Positions 18,974 to 29,700 of a DNA stretch of 64,000 nt are shown here, piece by piece (position 1 is the first letter of the stretch; each line of letters starts with the position of its first letter). The position numbers were made by a program, and so were the translations under genes. Source of the DNA: an uncultured Methanosarcinales archaeon (lineage in GTDB: Archaea; Nanobdellota; Nanobdellia; Woesearchaeales; UBA583); NCBI GenBank assembly GCA_964429995.1, contig CAYSDY010000001.1, forward strand, positions 157,777 through 221,776, in the 5' to 3' direction. The notes beneath the pieces are model-generated. The model did no database searches, was not told the origin of the DNA, and worked only from the letters and a program-made list of their open reading frames with translations.

Positions 18974-20866
18974 ATGGTTGATGAATATAAAGCAAGTAGC
19001 ATCAAAATTCTTAAAGGACTAGAAGCTGTAAGAAAAAGACCTGGAATGTATATCGGGGGTACAGGTATAAGAGGGTTGCACCATCTTGTTAAAGAACTGG
19101 TTGATAATGCTGTTGATGAAGCACTTGCAGGTTTTTGCGACAAAATAACTATTACTATACATAAGGATAATTCTGTAACTGTGACTGATAATGGAAGAGG
19201 AATTCCTGTTGATATGCACAAAGAAGGAAAAAGTGCTGCTGAAATAATATTTACCGTATTGCATGCAGGAGGAAAATTTGATAATGAAAGCTATAAGGTT
19301 TCAGGTGGTCTTCATGGAGTTGGTGCATCGGTTGTTAATGCTTTATCTAAGAAAATGGATGTAAAAATTTTCAGAGAAGGTAAAGAATATAGTATAAAAT
19401 TTGAAAATCAGATAGCAGTTCAGCCACTAACTGAAGTAGGGAAAACATCACAAAGAGGAACACATGTAACTTTTATGCCTGATAGTGAAATTTTTGAAAC
19501 AATTGAATTTGATTATGGACTTATGAGATCAAGATATAGAGAATTTGCATTTTTAAACCCAAATATTACAATTGTATTTACTGATGAAAGAAGTAATCAT
19601 GAAGAAGTTTTCCATTATGAAGGAGGCCTTAAGGAATTTGTAAAATTTATGATGGGACCATTAAACCCAATAATTAAAGAAATACCTTATGTTCATGCAG
19701 AAAGAGATGGAGTTGATGTTGAAGTTGCATTAACTTATACTGATAGTTATCAGGAAAGAATAGATGGTTTTGTAAATAACATAGCAACTCCTGGTGGTGG
19801 AACACATATTTCAGGATATAAACTTGCAATGACAAAAGCAATAAAAGATTATATTATGAGAAATGGAAAAGCAGAATACAAAAAAATTGATCTTACTGGA
19901 GAAGATATAAGAGAAGGAGTTATTGCAATTATATCTGTAAAAATATCTGATCCTCAGTTTGAAGGTCAAACAAAAGATAAACTTGGAAATCCTGAGGTGC
20001 AAACAGTTGTATCAAATGTTTTTTATGAAAAATTCTATGAATATCTTGAAGAAAATCCAAAAACTTCTAATACAATAATAACAAAAGCAATAGAAGCAAA
20101 AAAAGCAAGAGAAGCTGCAAAGAAAGCAAGAGATCTTGTCAGAAGAAAAAATGTTCTTGAATTTTCATCACTACCAGGAAAACTTGCAGATTGTTCTAAT
20201 AAAAACCCTGAACTATGTGAATTGTTTATAGTTGAGGGAGATTCTGCTGGAGGTTCTGCAAAACAGGGAAGAGTCAGAGATATTCAGGCCATATTACCAC
20301 TTAAAGGAAAAATACTTAATGTTGAAAAATCAAGGATAAACAAACTTCTTGATAATGATGAAATAAAAACACTTATTAGTGCATTTGGAACTGGTTTTGG
20401 TGATAATTTTGAGATTGAAAAATTAAGATATCACAAAGTAATAATAATGACTGATGCTGATGTTGATGGAGCACATATTGCAACACTGCTTTTAACATTG
20501 TTTTTTAGGCACTTTAAAGAATTAATACTAAAGGGACATATCTATATAGCAATGCCACCCTTATATAAAGTGCAAATAGGAAAAAGAGCTGAATATCTTT
20601 ATAATGATATTCAATTAAATGCATTTAAAGAAGATAACAAAGATAAAAAAATAGATATTCAAAGATATAAAGGTTTAGGAGAAATGAACCCTGAACAATT
20701 ATGGGAAACAACTCTTGATCCTTCAAACAGATATCTTAAAAAAGTTTCCATAGATGATGCAATAGAAGCAGATCAGGTATTCTCGATGCTTATGGGAGAT
20801 AAGGTTGAACCAAGAAAAGAGTTCATAGTTGAAAATGCTGAATTTGTAAAAGATTTAGATATTTAA
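18974..20866 (+). CDS. gyrB: DNA gyrase subunit B
   Basis: It has a GHKL ATPase domain (LHHLVKELVDNAVDEALAG, GGLHGVGASVVNALS), a Toprim domain (LFIVEGDSAGGSAKQGR) and the PLKGKILNVE motif. Length is 630 aa with no insertion. gyrA is not adjacent. Confidence 0.9.
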   Translation: MVDEYKASSIKILKGLEAVRKRPGMYIGGTGIRGLHHLVKELVDNAVDEALAGFCDKITITIHKDNSVTVTDNGRGIPVDMHKEGKSAAEIIFTVLHAGGKFDNESYKVSGGLHGVGASVVNALSKKMDVKIFREGKEYSIKFENQIAVQPLTEVGKTSQRGTHVTFMPDSEIFETIEFDYGLMRSRYREFAFLNPNITIVFTDERSNHEEVFHYEGGLKEFVKFMMGPLNPIIKEIPYVHAERDGVDVEVALTYTDSYQERIDGFVNNIATPGGGTHISGYKLAMTKAIKDYIMRNGKAEYKKIDLTGEDIREGVIAIISVKISDPQFEGQTKDKLGNPEVQTVVSNVFYEKFYEYLEENPKTSNTIITKAIEAKKAREAAKKARDLVRRKNVLEFSSLPGKLADCSNKNPELCELFIVEGDSAGGSAKQGRVRDIQAILPLKGKILNVEKSRINKLLDNDEIKTLISAFGTGFGDNFEIEKLRYHKVIIMTDADVDGAHIATLLLTLFFRHFKELILKGHIYIAMPPLYKVQIGKRAEYLYNDIQLNAFKEDNKDKKIDIQRYKGLGEMNPEQLWETTLDPSNRYLKKVSIDDAIEADQVFSMLMGDKVEPRKEFIVENAEFVKDLDI

Positions 20867-20958
20867 AAATTACGTTACATTTTTTAAAACATTATTCTAA
20901 AAAATAACTTGCTTAAGATAAAAATAAAATATATAAAAACAATTGTACAATATATTGT

Positions 20959-22242
20959 ATGGCTCTTGAAATAGATGAGAAAATTATAAGATTTATAATA
21001 TGGACTTTATATTTTGTTGGACTGTATTTTGCACTCTTTTGGCTATCTGTTTTATTTTTTGATAATAATGAAAACAAAAAAATTAAAAAAAAAAATGTTA
21101 AGGAAAGCATTACTATTATTTTACCAATGTATAACGAACAAGATAGTATCAAGGAAACCTTAAAAAGCGTTTTTGATTCAGATTATCCTAAAAACTTGCT
21201 TAAGGTTATATGTGTTAATGATGGATCAACAGATAATACGCTTAAAATACTTAAAGAACTAAATAAAAAATATGATTTTATTCTTATAAACCAGAAAAAT
21301 CAGGGAAAATATATGGCATTAAATAATGCACTTAAGTATGTTGATACTAAATATTTTGCATGTCTTGATGCAGATAGCTTTATAGAAAAAGATTCAATAA
21401 GCAATATTTTAAAAGAATTTGATGAAAAAGATATTGTTGCTGTGACCTCTGTTATGAAAGTTTACAAACCCGAAAATCTTTTACAAAAAGTTCAATGGTT
21501 AGAATATATAATCAACATATATTATAAATACATTATGGGAAAACTTGATTGTATTCATGTAACACCAGGTCCTTTAAGCGTATATGATACAAAGATAATA
21601 AAAGAATTGGGTGGATTTAAAAAAGCTCATCTTACTGAAGATTTGGAAATGGCATTAAGACTTCAAAATAATAATTATAAAATAAAACAATCATTGTCTG
21701 GAACAGTTTACACAAAAACTCCTAAAAAATTAAAAGCTTTCATAAATCAAAGAACAAGATGGTATCATGGAACAGTATTGAATATAAAGGACTATAAACA
21801 CTTCATATTCAATAAAAAATATGAAGATTTTGGAATATTCCATATTCCACTTGTAGGAGTTACTGGATTTCTAAGTGTTTTAGGTGTTTCAACAGCCATT
21901 TATCTTAGTATTAAAAATATATATCATTGGATAAAAAGGATGTATCTTACAAATTTTGACTTTATAACATACATTTCAAATATGTCATTTAATTTTAACA
22001 TACTTGATTATAACTGGAGAACCATCTTTTCTACAATTGTACTTTTAGGACTCACATTCTTTTTGATATATTTATCTTTTATAGAAACAAAAGAAAGAGT
22101 TGGAATTTTGAAAAATATAAAATACTTTTTTACTTTTTTGTATTTTTTTATTATATACCGTTTTATAATAGCTTACATCTGGGTTAAGGTTTTATTGAAA
22201 CTTATTTTTAAAAAAAGCAATAGATGGGATAAAGTAAATTGA
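20959..22242 (+). CDS. Processive family-2 glycosyltransferase (PgaC/NodC/cellulose-synthase-like polysaccharide synthase)
   Basis: An N-terminal TM is followed by a GT2 core (LPMYNEQDSI, CVNDGSTDNT, DAD) and a QRTRWYHG (QxxRW) processivity motif, then C-terminal TM helices. Confidence 0.75.
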   Translation: MALEIDEKIIRFIIWTLYFVGLYFALFWLSVLFFDNNENKKIKKKNVKESITIILPMYNEQDSIKETLKSVFDSDYPKNLLKVICVNDGSTDNTLKILKELNKKYDFILINQKNQGKYMALNNALKYVDTKYFACLDADSFIEKDSISNILKEFDEKDIVAVTSVMKVYKPENLLQKVQWLEYIINIYYKYIMGKLDCIHVTPGPLSVYDTKIIKELGGFKKAHLTEDLEMALRLQNNNYKIKQSLSGTVYTKTPKKLKAFINQRTRWYHGTVLNIKDYKHFIFNKKYEDFGIFHIPLVGVTGFLSVLGVSTAIYLSIKNIYHWIKRMYLTNFDFITYISNMSFNFNILDYNWRTIFSTIVLLGLTFFLIYLSFIETKERVGILKNIKYFFTFLYFFIIYRFIIAYIWVKVLLKLIFKKSNRWDKVN

Positions 22243-22298
22243 AAAACCTTTATTTTCCTTTTACTTAACTTTAAAAAACATGATATTTTACCATACTT

Positions 22299-23003
22299 AT
22301 GAGGCAGAAAATTAATTGGTTTAGATACCTTGGAGTTTTTTTGTTGACGATAATTATTTTCATTTTGGGAATTTTTATTGGTGGCAGTATAGAGGATTTA
22401 AGAGTAAAAGACTTGTATACAAAATTACAAGAACAAGATTTGGAATATCAAAATATTGTAACAGAAAACCTGTATATGGAATATCTTGTAGGTCTTAAGG
22501 AAAAGAATGGAAATATCTCTTGTGAAACGCTAAAATCAACATTTCTTCAAAGCATAAACAATCTTGAAAAATCAAGAAATAGGCTTGAAAACTTTATTAA
22601 TACAGCTGAAAGCAATGAAGAAGAATTTTATAGACTAAAAGGACACTACTCTAATCTTCAGATACATTATTGGATACTTACAAAAAAGATAAATTCATTA
22701 TGTGATTTTGATATGGTTCCTGTGTTGTACTTCTATTCGGATGATAAAATATGTAATGAATGTTCTGATCAAGGTATTCATTTAAGTTATGTTAAAAGCA
22801 AACTAAAAGATAATGTTTTAATATATTCGTTTGATAAGGAAAGGATGGATACTCCCTCAAGGCTTATAATAGAGCATTACAATATAACTTTTAAGGAATC
22901 TCCTGTAGTTATAATTGAGGATAAAGTTTATGGTTATATTACAAATGAGCAGATTTTTGATTTGTTATGCAGCAATGGACTCAATGATTCTATATGTTCT
23001 TAA
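22299..23003 (+). CDS. Membrane-anchored thioredoxin-fold-like protein with CxxC (CNEC)
   Basis: It has a single N-terminal TM and a coiled segment. The C-terminal YFYSDDKICNECSDQG ... VVIIEDKVYGY pattern resembles a DsbA/thioredoxin-like fold. Confidence 0.4.
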   Translation: MRQKINWFRYLGVFLLTIIIFILGIFIGGSIEDLRVKDLYTKLQEQDLEYQNIVTENLYMEYLVGLKEKNGNISCETLKSTFLQSINNLEKSRNRLENFINTAESNEEEFYRLKGHYSNLQIHYWILTKKINSLCDFDMVPVLYFYSDDKICNECSDQGIHLSYVKSKLKDNVLIYSFDKERMDTPSRLIIEHYNITFKESPVVIIEDKVYGYITNEQIFDLLCSNGLNDSICS

Positions 23004-23202
23004 TTATTCAGATAATCAAAATTTTTTTAAATAAACATTTCTTTTAAATATCAGATTAGGTTGTATATAAATACTAAACAAATCCAGAACTATATGATTT
23101 AGCATTTTATGAGCATCCATACGAATGATGTTTTCTATGACTAAATAAAAAATAAATGATTGATTCGTTCTGGATACCTAATCGACCTTTTATAAAATCA
23201 GT

Positions 23203-25488
23203 TTAATTTGCTTCTTTTTCAAGTATCTTTTTTACGTATTTTTTATACCAATCTTCAAAATCAAAAAAAATTTTTTTAGAATCAAGAAATCCGTACTCAT
23301 TATTTACTTTTTCTGATATCTTATGAAACATATCATTAGCTTCTATTACGTGTTTTGCTTCAAGAATTAAATTACTTTTATATTTTATTGAATAATCAAC
23401 CTGAAGCTTTTTTATATCTGCTCTAAGTGTTATATTATCCCATATAGCATCCCAATTTCCTGCCCATTGTTTTACATTTGAACCAATTGATTTTAAAATA
23501 TCACTTTCTCCATTTATTAAATCATCAGAAATTTTTAACATATCTTCTTTTGCATCATATTTAAATAAATCACAAAATCCATTTTCAAGTAATGGATCTT
23601 CTTCCCAATGCTTTCTTACCTCGGTTATTCTAGTTACTCGTCTGTTTCTGTGAAGTCCATCAGAACTTTTAACTGGGTTAGCAACAATTATAACATCTGT
23701 TGCCTTAAAAGATGTTTTAGGAACCTTTAAATCATTTACAAGTCTATCATAAACACCATAAGGACTATCTCCATGAATTGTACCTGCAACAACATTTGCA
23801 AGTGCACCAACTCTCATAGCTTCATATAATGCTAATGCTTCAGTACTTCTAACCTCTCCTACTATAAGACAAGAATCTCCAAGTCTTAAAGTTGAACGTA
23901 TTCCCATATCAGCACTAAAACCTTCGCTTGAGACAGATAAGGCTGATCTTACATTCATTGCCTGAAGATTGAATCCTAAATCTGCAAGCTGTATGGTTGG
24001 AAGTTCCAAAGTATCCTCTACTGTTATGATTCTGTATTTTCTCATTATTTCTATTATTATTGCAGTAAGAAAAGATGATTTTCCAGATCCTCTTGTTCCT
24101 GCAATAAGCATTGTTCTTGCACCATCTACTATAAAACTTAATAAACCTGCTGCCTGATAAGAAATCATTCCATTTTTAATGAATAAAGGTAATGTCCAAG
24201 GAGTATCCCTGTGTCTTCTAAAAGAAAAACCAAGACCATAAGGGTTTAATGGTTTACCTATAACAGAAACTCTTGCTCTAGCTTTTGGAGTTTCTATTTC
24301 AGTATCAAGTATAGGATTTGATGCATCAAGAGGCTTTCCAGAAATCATTCTAAGTCTTGATGCCCATCCTTCAACTTCATCTTCTTCTGTAATAATGTTT
24401 GTTTTGCAGTCCTCAAAATCACTATGAGTTATAAAAATAGGTGATTTATTTGCAGGCGAATTTATTGATATATCCTGTATTTTTTCATCTTCAAGTAATG
24501 TTTCAACAAGACCAAAACCTATCGTATATTTTATTAGTATATTAGATAACATATCAACTTCTCGTTCTTTAAGTTTTACATTTTTAAACTCTGCAATCTC
24601 TTCTATTAGATCTTTTGATATATTATAAAATACTTCTCTTAATCTTGCTGGCTCAATAAAATCATTCGATTCTGGCTTATGTTCGGCAATAACTTCTTTT
24701 GCAAGATTTAGTACATTGTATTTTTCCTCTGAAAGATTGAATTCATCAGGGATTATGTGATAATAATTATTTGCCTCATTTTCAAGTTCAAATATGGTTA
24801 TTTTGGCATTACTCAAACTGTACGAATCCAATTCTCTTGCTTCCATTGGAATTCTTTTTAAGAGAGTTGTAAAAACAAAATTAGGCTTAACGTTTGCTGA
24901 AAAGAATTTTCTATAAAGACTTCTATCACCAATACTATAACCTGCAATGTTATCTTTTATGGATTTTATTATTGTAAGAGTTTCAAGTTTTGCTATTATG
25001 AATTTTAATGCTACTTCATACTTGTTATCTATTTCGTAACAATTGCTATTGTGATAATTTTTATCAAACTGATAATCTCTTAATTCTCTTCTAAATTTAA
25101 CGTAAGCAGAAATGGGATCTGCTGCTAAATCTTTTATTATAGTATTTTGTAAAAATGAATATCTGTTAAAAAAAAGTTTCATGCATTCCTCATTTTGATT
25201 ATAAATTTTTCCTGCACAAAATAGTTCTTTTTGTTTTGTTAATGAATTGTAGAGTATTGCGAGTTCTCTTAATATTAAAACCTGCTTGTAATCATATTCA
25301 TAGTTTTTATTATGTGTAAATATAATTTTTGTTATGTTGGACATTTGAACTAGTTTTTTTACAACATCACGCATTACAAGTCCATCATCTTCTATGGATG
25401 GGAAATTTTTCCTGCCTAAAAAGTTAATTTTTAAAATTGATTCTACTCCGTGCTTTATTACTTCGTATTCTTTATTGGAGCTAAACAT
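23203..25488 (-). CDS. Large secretion-family ATPase (VirB11/FlaI/GspE superfamily) with ~350-aa N-terminal extension
   Basis: Walker A is LIAGTRGSGKSSF, and TVEDTLEL and GEVR (Walker B/His box region) are present. Length is 761 aa. No adjacent pilin or platform genes are present. Confidence 0.75.
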   Translation of the reverse strand: MFSSNKEYEVIKHGVESILKINFLGRKNFPSIEDDGLVMRDVVKKLVQMSNITKIIFTHNKNYEYDYKQVLILRELAILYNSLTKQKELFCAGKIYNQNEECMKLFFNRYSFLQNTIIKDLAADPISAYVKFRRELRDYQFDKNYHNSNCYEIDNKYEVALKFIIAKLETLTIIKSIKDNIAGYSIGDRSLYRKFFSANVKPNFVFTTLLKRIPMEARELDSYSLSNAKITIFELENEANNYYHIIPDEFNLSEEKYNVLNLAKEVIAEHKPESNDFIEPARLREVFYNISKDLIEEIAEFKNVKLKEREVDMLSNILIKYTIGFGLVETLLEDEKIQDISINSPANKSPIFITHSDFEDCKTNIITEEDEVEGWASRLRMISGKPLDASNPILDTEIETPKARARVSVIGKPLNPYGLGFSFRRHRDTPWTLPLFIKNGMISYQAAGLLSFIVDGARTMLIAGTRGSGKSSFLTAIIIEIMRKYRIITVEDTLELPTIQLADLGFNLQAMNVRSALSVSSEGFSADMGIRSTLRLGDSCLIVGEVRSTEALALYEAMRVGALANVVAGTIHGDSPYGVYDRLVNDLKVPKTSFKATDVIIVANPVKSSDGLHRNRRVTRITEVRKHWEEDPLLENGFCDLFKYDAKEDMLKISDDLINGESDILKSIGSNVKQWAGNWDAIWDNITLRADIKKLQVDYSIKYKSNLILEAKHVIEANDMFHKISEKVNNEYGFLDSKKIFFDFEDWYKKYVKKILEKEAN

Positions 25489-25824
25489 ATTAATCTTCGT
25501 AGATTTTTTTTTAAAAAATAATAGTGTTACTTGAAAGTTTCAAAAAAAAGTTTCCTATTGTTTAGCAGTGTTTTTGATATATTCTTATAGTGTATGCAAA
25601 GATTTATATATGGTTGATTCCAAATAATAATTACTCAATCAAGAAAATCGATTGGGCTTAGGTAGCTTACTAAACAACTTACTTTCCATATCAATGTCAA
25701 AGTTGGTATGGAAATTTTTCTAACGTATATAATTCTGAATAACAAGGTTTTAATTTTCTACTGATTATAATATAAACAATTATAAATAGATAATATTTTA
25801 GATTATTACAGGGTTAAAATTAAA

Positions 25825-26781
25825 ATGGTTAAAGAAAAAAAAACACTAACTATCGCTGATATTCCAGGAGTGGGTCCATCCACTGTTGAAAAACTTGCTG
25901 CTGCAGGAATTGACTCGCTTTTAGCTATTGCTGTAATATCTATAGGTGTTTTAACAGAAGAAGCTGGAGTATCTGAAGCTGCAGCCAGAAAAATGATACA
26001 GTGTGCAAGAAGTATGCTTGATATGGGATTTGAAACTGCTGATACCATACTTGAGAAAAGGAACAATGTATCAAAAATAACCACAGGAAGTGAAAGTTTT
26101 GACAGTATTTTGGGAGGTGGTGTTGAAACTGGAGCGATCACTGAATTATTTGGAGAATTCGGCTCAGGAAAAACACAAGTTGCACATCAATTAGCAGTAA
26201 ATGTCCAAGTTCCAAATGCTGATAACAAGGTATATAAGGTAATATATATAGACACTGAAAACACTTTTAGGCCTGAAAGAATAATTGATATGGCAAAAAA
26301 ACTTGGTCTAGACCCACAACAGGCTTTAAAAAACATAAAAATAGCAAGGGCTTACAATTCTGATCATCAGATGTTTTTGGCAGAAAAAGCAGAAGAATTA
26401 CTAAAAACAAATGAATACAAACTTATAGTTATTGACTCGCTAATAGCTCATTTTAGGGCAGAATTTATAGGACGTGGCACATTATCAGAAAGACAGCAAA
26501 AACTAAATAAACATATGCATTCACTCTTAAAACTTGCAGATGTATATAACTGTGCTGTTGTTGTTACAAATCAGGTAATGGCAAAGCCTAATGTTTTATT
26601 TGGTGATCCTACACAAGCAATAGGAGGACACATAGTAGGTCATAGTTCAACCTTTAGAATATACTTAAGAAAAGGGAAAAAAGGCTCAAGAGTTGCAAAA
26701 CTTGTCGATAGTCCAAATCTTCCAGACAGCGAGTGCATGTTTTTTGTAAATCAATCTGGTTTATCTGACAAAGAAGAATAA
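25825..26781 (+). CDS. radA: DNA repair and recombination protein RadA
   Basis: It has an N-terminal HhH (IPGVGPSTVEKLAAAGIDSL), Walker A GEFGSGKTQ and Walker B LIVIDS. Length is 318 aa. Confidence 0.9.
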   Translation: MVKEKKTLTIADIPGVGPSTVEKLAAAGIDSLLAIAVISIGVLTEEAGVSEAAARKMIQCARSMLDMGFETADTILEKRNNVSKITTGSESFDSILGGGVETGAITELFGEFGSGKTQVAHQLAVNVQVPNADNKVYKVIYIDTENTFRPERIIDMAKKLGLDPQQALKNIKIARAYNSDHQMFLAEKAEELLKTNEYKLIVIDSLIAHFRAEFIGRGTLSERQQKLNKHMHSLLKLADVYNCAVVVTNQVMAKPNVLFGDPTQAIGGHIVGHSSTFRIYLRKGKKGSRVAKLVDSPNLPDSECMFFVNQSGLSDKEE

Positions 26782-26787
26782 TGCAGT

Positions 26788-29700
26788 TTATATCATTCCT
26801 TTTTCTTTTAAATCTTTATACTCTATGTATTTTAATCTGACATATATTATTAGATATATAATAAATCCTATCATTGTAAACCAAAATAGCAAATAAAACA
26901 TTTTTTTAAGAAAAGAATTGGTTTTATTATTATCTATTTTTATTTCAACAAATTCTGATTCTTTGTTTTTAACAACTATATAATTATTTTTAAGAGATGT
27001 ATTTATTAAATTTAATGAATCAACTGCAAAATTAATATTAACATTTGTGTATCCATTTTCATATTCATAGGAATAATTTAACATATGTTCCTTAAAATCA
27101 CCAAATGGAATTACTTTAAAATCGTATTCATCAAAATTAGCATTAAGATGCTTTATGCTAAATTTTAAAACATCATCTTTCACTATTATTTTTTCTGGAT
27201 TTGGTATTTCAAATGTTTTATTTTTTTCAAACACATCTATCTTGAATGGAATTTTATATACTACACCATCATCTTTACTACATTCAAAATTTAATGTGTG
27301 AACACCTGTTTCAAGTTGCGGATTAAACAATGATAATTTTGAAAAATTTGAATCAACAATAAATTTTTCTCTTAATGTTGAAAATGGATTTATAAAAAAA
27401 CAAGTCAGATTATCTTCTATATTTCTGCTTTTTAAATAAAAATTAACCATCATGTCGTCATTTGTTATTGCATAATCATTATTTTCAAAAACAAATGCTT
27501 TTTCTCCAAAAATAGTTATAGGAATTTTTAATAATTCGTTTTTGTTATTATCTTTATCACGACTGTTTAAAAAAACATAACCTGTAATGCTTCCAAGAAG
27601 ATCCTTACTTATTGAAATGTTTGATATTGTGCTCTGTAATGTATTTAGATTACCAAGATTCTGTTTATAGTGAAGAAATCCTTCTATGTTTGAAGAAAAT
27701 CCAATTGTTAAATCCTTAAGATTATATATTGATGGGTTTGTAACATTTATAATCATTACATATTCGTAAGTATCAGAATCAATATCTATTGTAACATATG
27801 GCTTATGGTTCTTTTTTGATGCAAGAAATGCAAGACTGTTTGAAGAAATGCTTCCCCAACCATTGTCTGGTTCATTGTAATATATCCACTTTATACCATC
27901 ATCAATGTATTCTTCTATGCCTGCATCATTGCTTTGCAATCCAAGAATTGCCCAACTTGTTTCAAATAAAAAAGATTTTGCATTACCCCATGAACCATCA
28001 TTGTTCTGATTATATTTTAAAAAATTTATTATCTCTTGGTCTTTATTGTATATTAGGAACATCCCTGAATCAATAAACTCATTTTTATCAGAAACCTTTT
28101 TATCATTTATCCCTGTTTTATGTGTAACACTGTTTAAGTATTTCTTAATTTTATCACTATTTTTTATATCATTTCCATAAACTATCAAGGAAATTATTGA
28201 AGCATCATAGTCGCATATATTATCTGTACCAATACAATAATATTTTAAAAAATCACTGTTTATAGAATAATCCATGTTTTTTACATTTATTTTTTCTTCA
28301 TAAACCTGTATCCTATCATAAGCATCATATATTTTTAGAATTATTTTGTCTACATCATTATCACATTTTAATTGAATTTTACTTGATGCCTTATAACCAT
28401 TTATACTAAATCTATCCGTATTTTTTGTGTTGAATACAAAGTGTCTTGGTAACCTTGCATCTATTGACAAATCACATTTTATCTCGTTTGCAATTTTGTT
28501 TGAATTTAACTCTATATCAAACTTATATTTTTCCATATCTGCATTCTGAAGATTAAAATATAATGAATCTGTATTACTTTTATATGATTCATCCTCAATA
28601 TTTCCATAAACATAAAAATATGCATTCTCAACATTTTTATCACATTCTATTGCTACTTTTTCTTTTACTTCTCCTTCAAAAAATAAATTGTTAGCGTTTG
28701 TGTTTTTATTAAATGACACTTTTTTGTTAGTACCGTCTATGTTAATATCGCACTTTATTTCTTCTGTTGTTGTCATATTATTGTCTATTTGAAACTTGTA
28801 TTTTATTGAAGAATATTGATTGTAATATTTATCATTTACTGTAAATTCGTATTTTTTAAAATCCCTAAGGTTTCTATTTTCAATTTTATCTGCAAAATAA
28901 AAAATTGAAATTTCATCAACTTTCCTGTTACATACAACTTCTATTTCTTTTGTGAATTTTGACCTTAAAAAAGTATCAGTAAATTTATCACTGCTATCGT
29001 ATATGATACTTTTTTCCTTATCCTTGTCAACAATTACATTACAATCAATCTCTGTAGGATTTGTAAATGAATCTTTTATATAGACCTCAAAATCATATGT
29101 ATCAGAATTTTTTATTATCTGTTGATTCTCATATTTTAAAGGACTTTCTATTATGTTTTTTTCCATATAAAGCCTTCCATCCTCAATTAACCTAGAACTT
29201 TTATCATAACCTGCTTCTTTAAGATTATAAAGTATATTTGCTGTTTGTGTAAGATTACATTTATCTTTTGGCCAACACTTAAAATCATTATTTCTTAATT
29301 GTTTTAATTTTTCATATATTTGCTGATTTTCATAGTCATAAATGCTTTCTATATTATTTAATACGAAAAGATAATAACTAAGATTTAAAGCGGATAAATC
29401 ATTATAATCATTTTCAAGAACATATTTACTTGCAGAGGATTCCTTTTGTCTTAAAAAACCTCTTCTTATTTCTTTTTCAATGTTATTTTCTTGATATTTC
29501 AATATAAGGTCAAATCTATTGTTTTGGATTTTTGTAAGATCATAATACGAATAAAAACAATTAGGCTCATCTGAAAAATCAAGATATGAAATATTGATGA
29601 ATCCTTCATTCTTTGTACCTTCACTTATAAAAATTTCTGGGTTTTTCATGTTTTCTGATAAACAAAATTTAAAATTTAATTCTTCTTTGGGTAAAAAATG

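Noticed and set aside
23004-23202. 7-bp inverted repeat CCAGAAC...GTTCTGG (~85 nt apart) in the convergent intergenic region
   Set aside because: It is too short and widely spaced to be significant in this context. It is likely chance, or at most part of a bidirectional terminator region.
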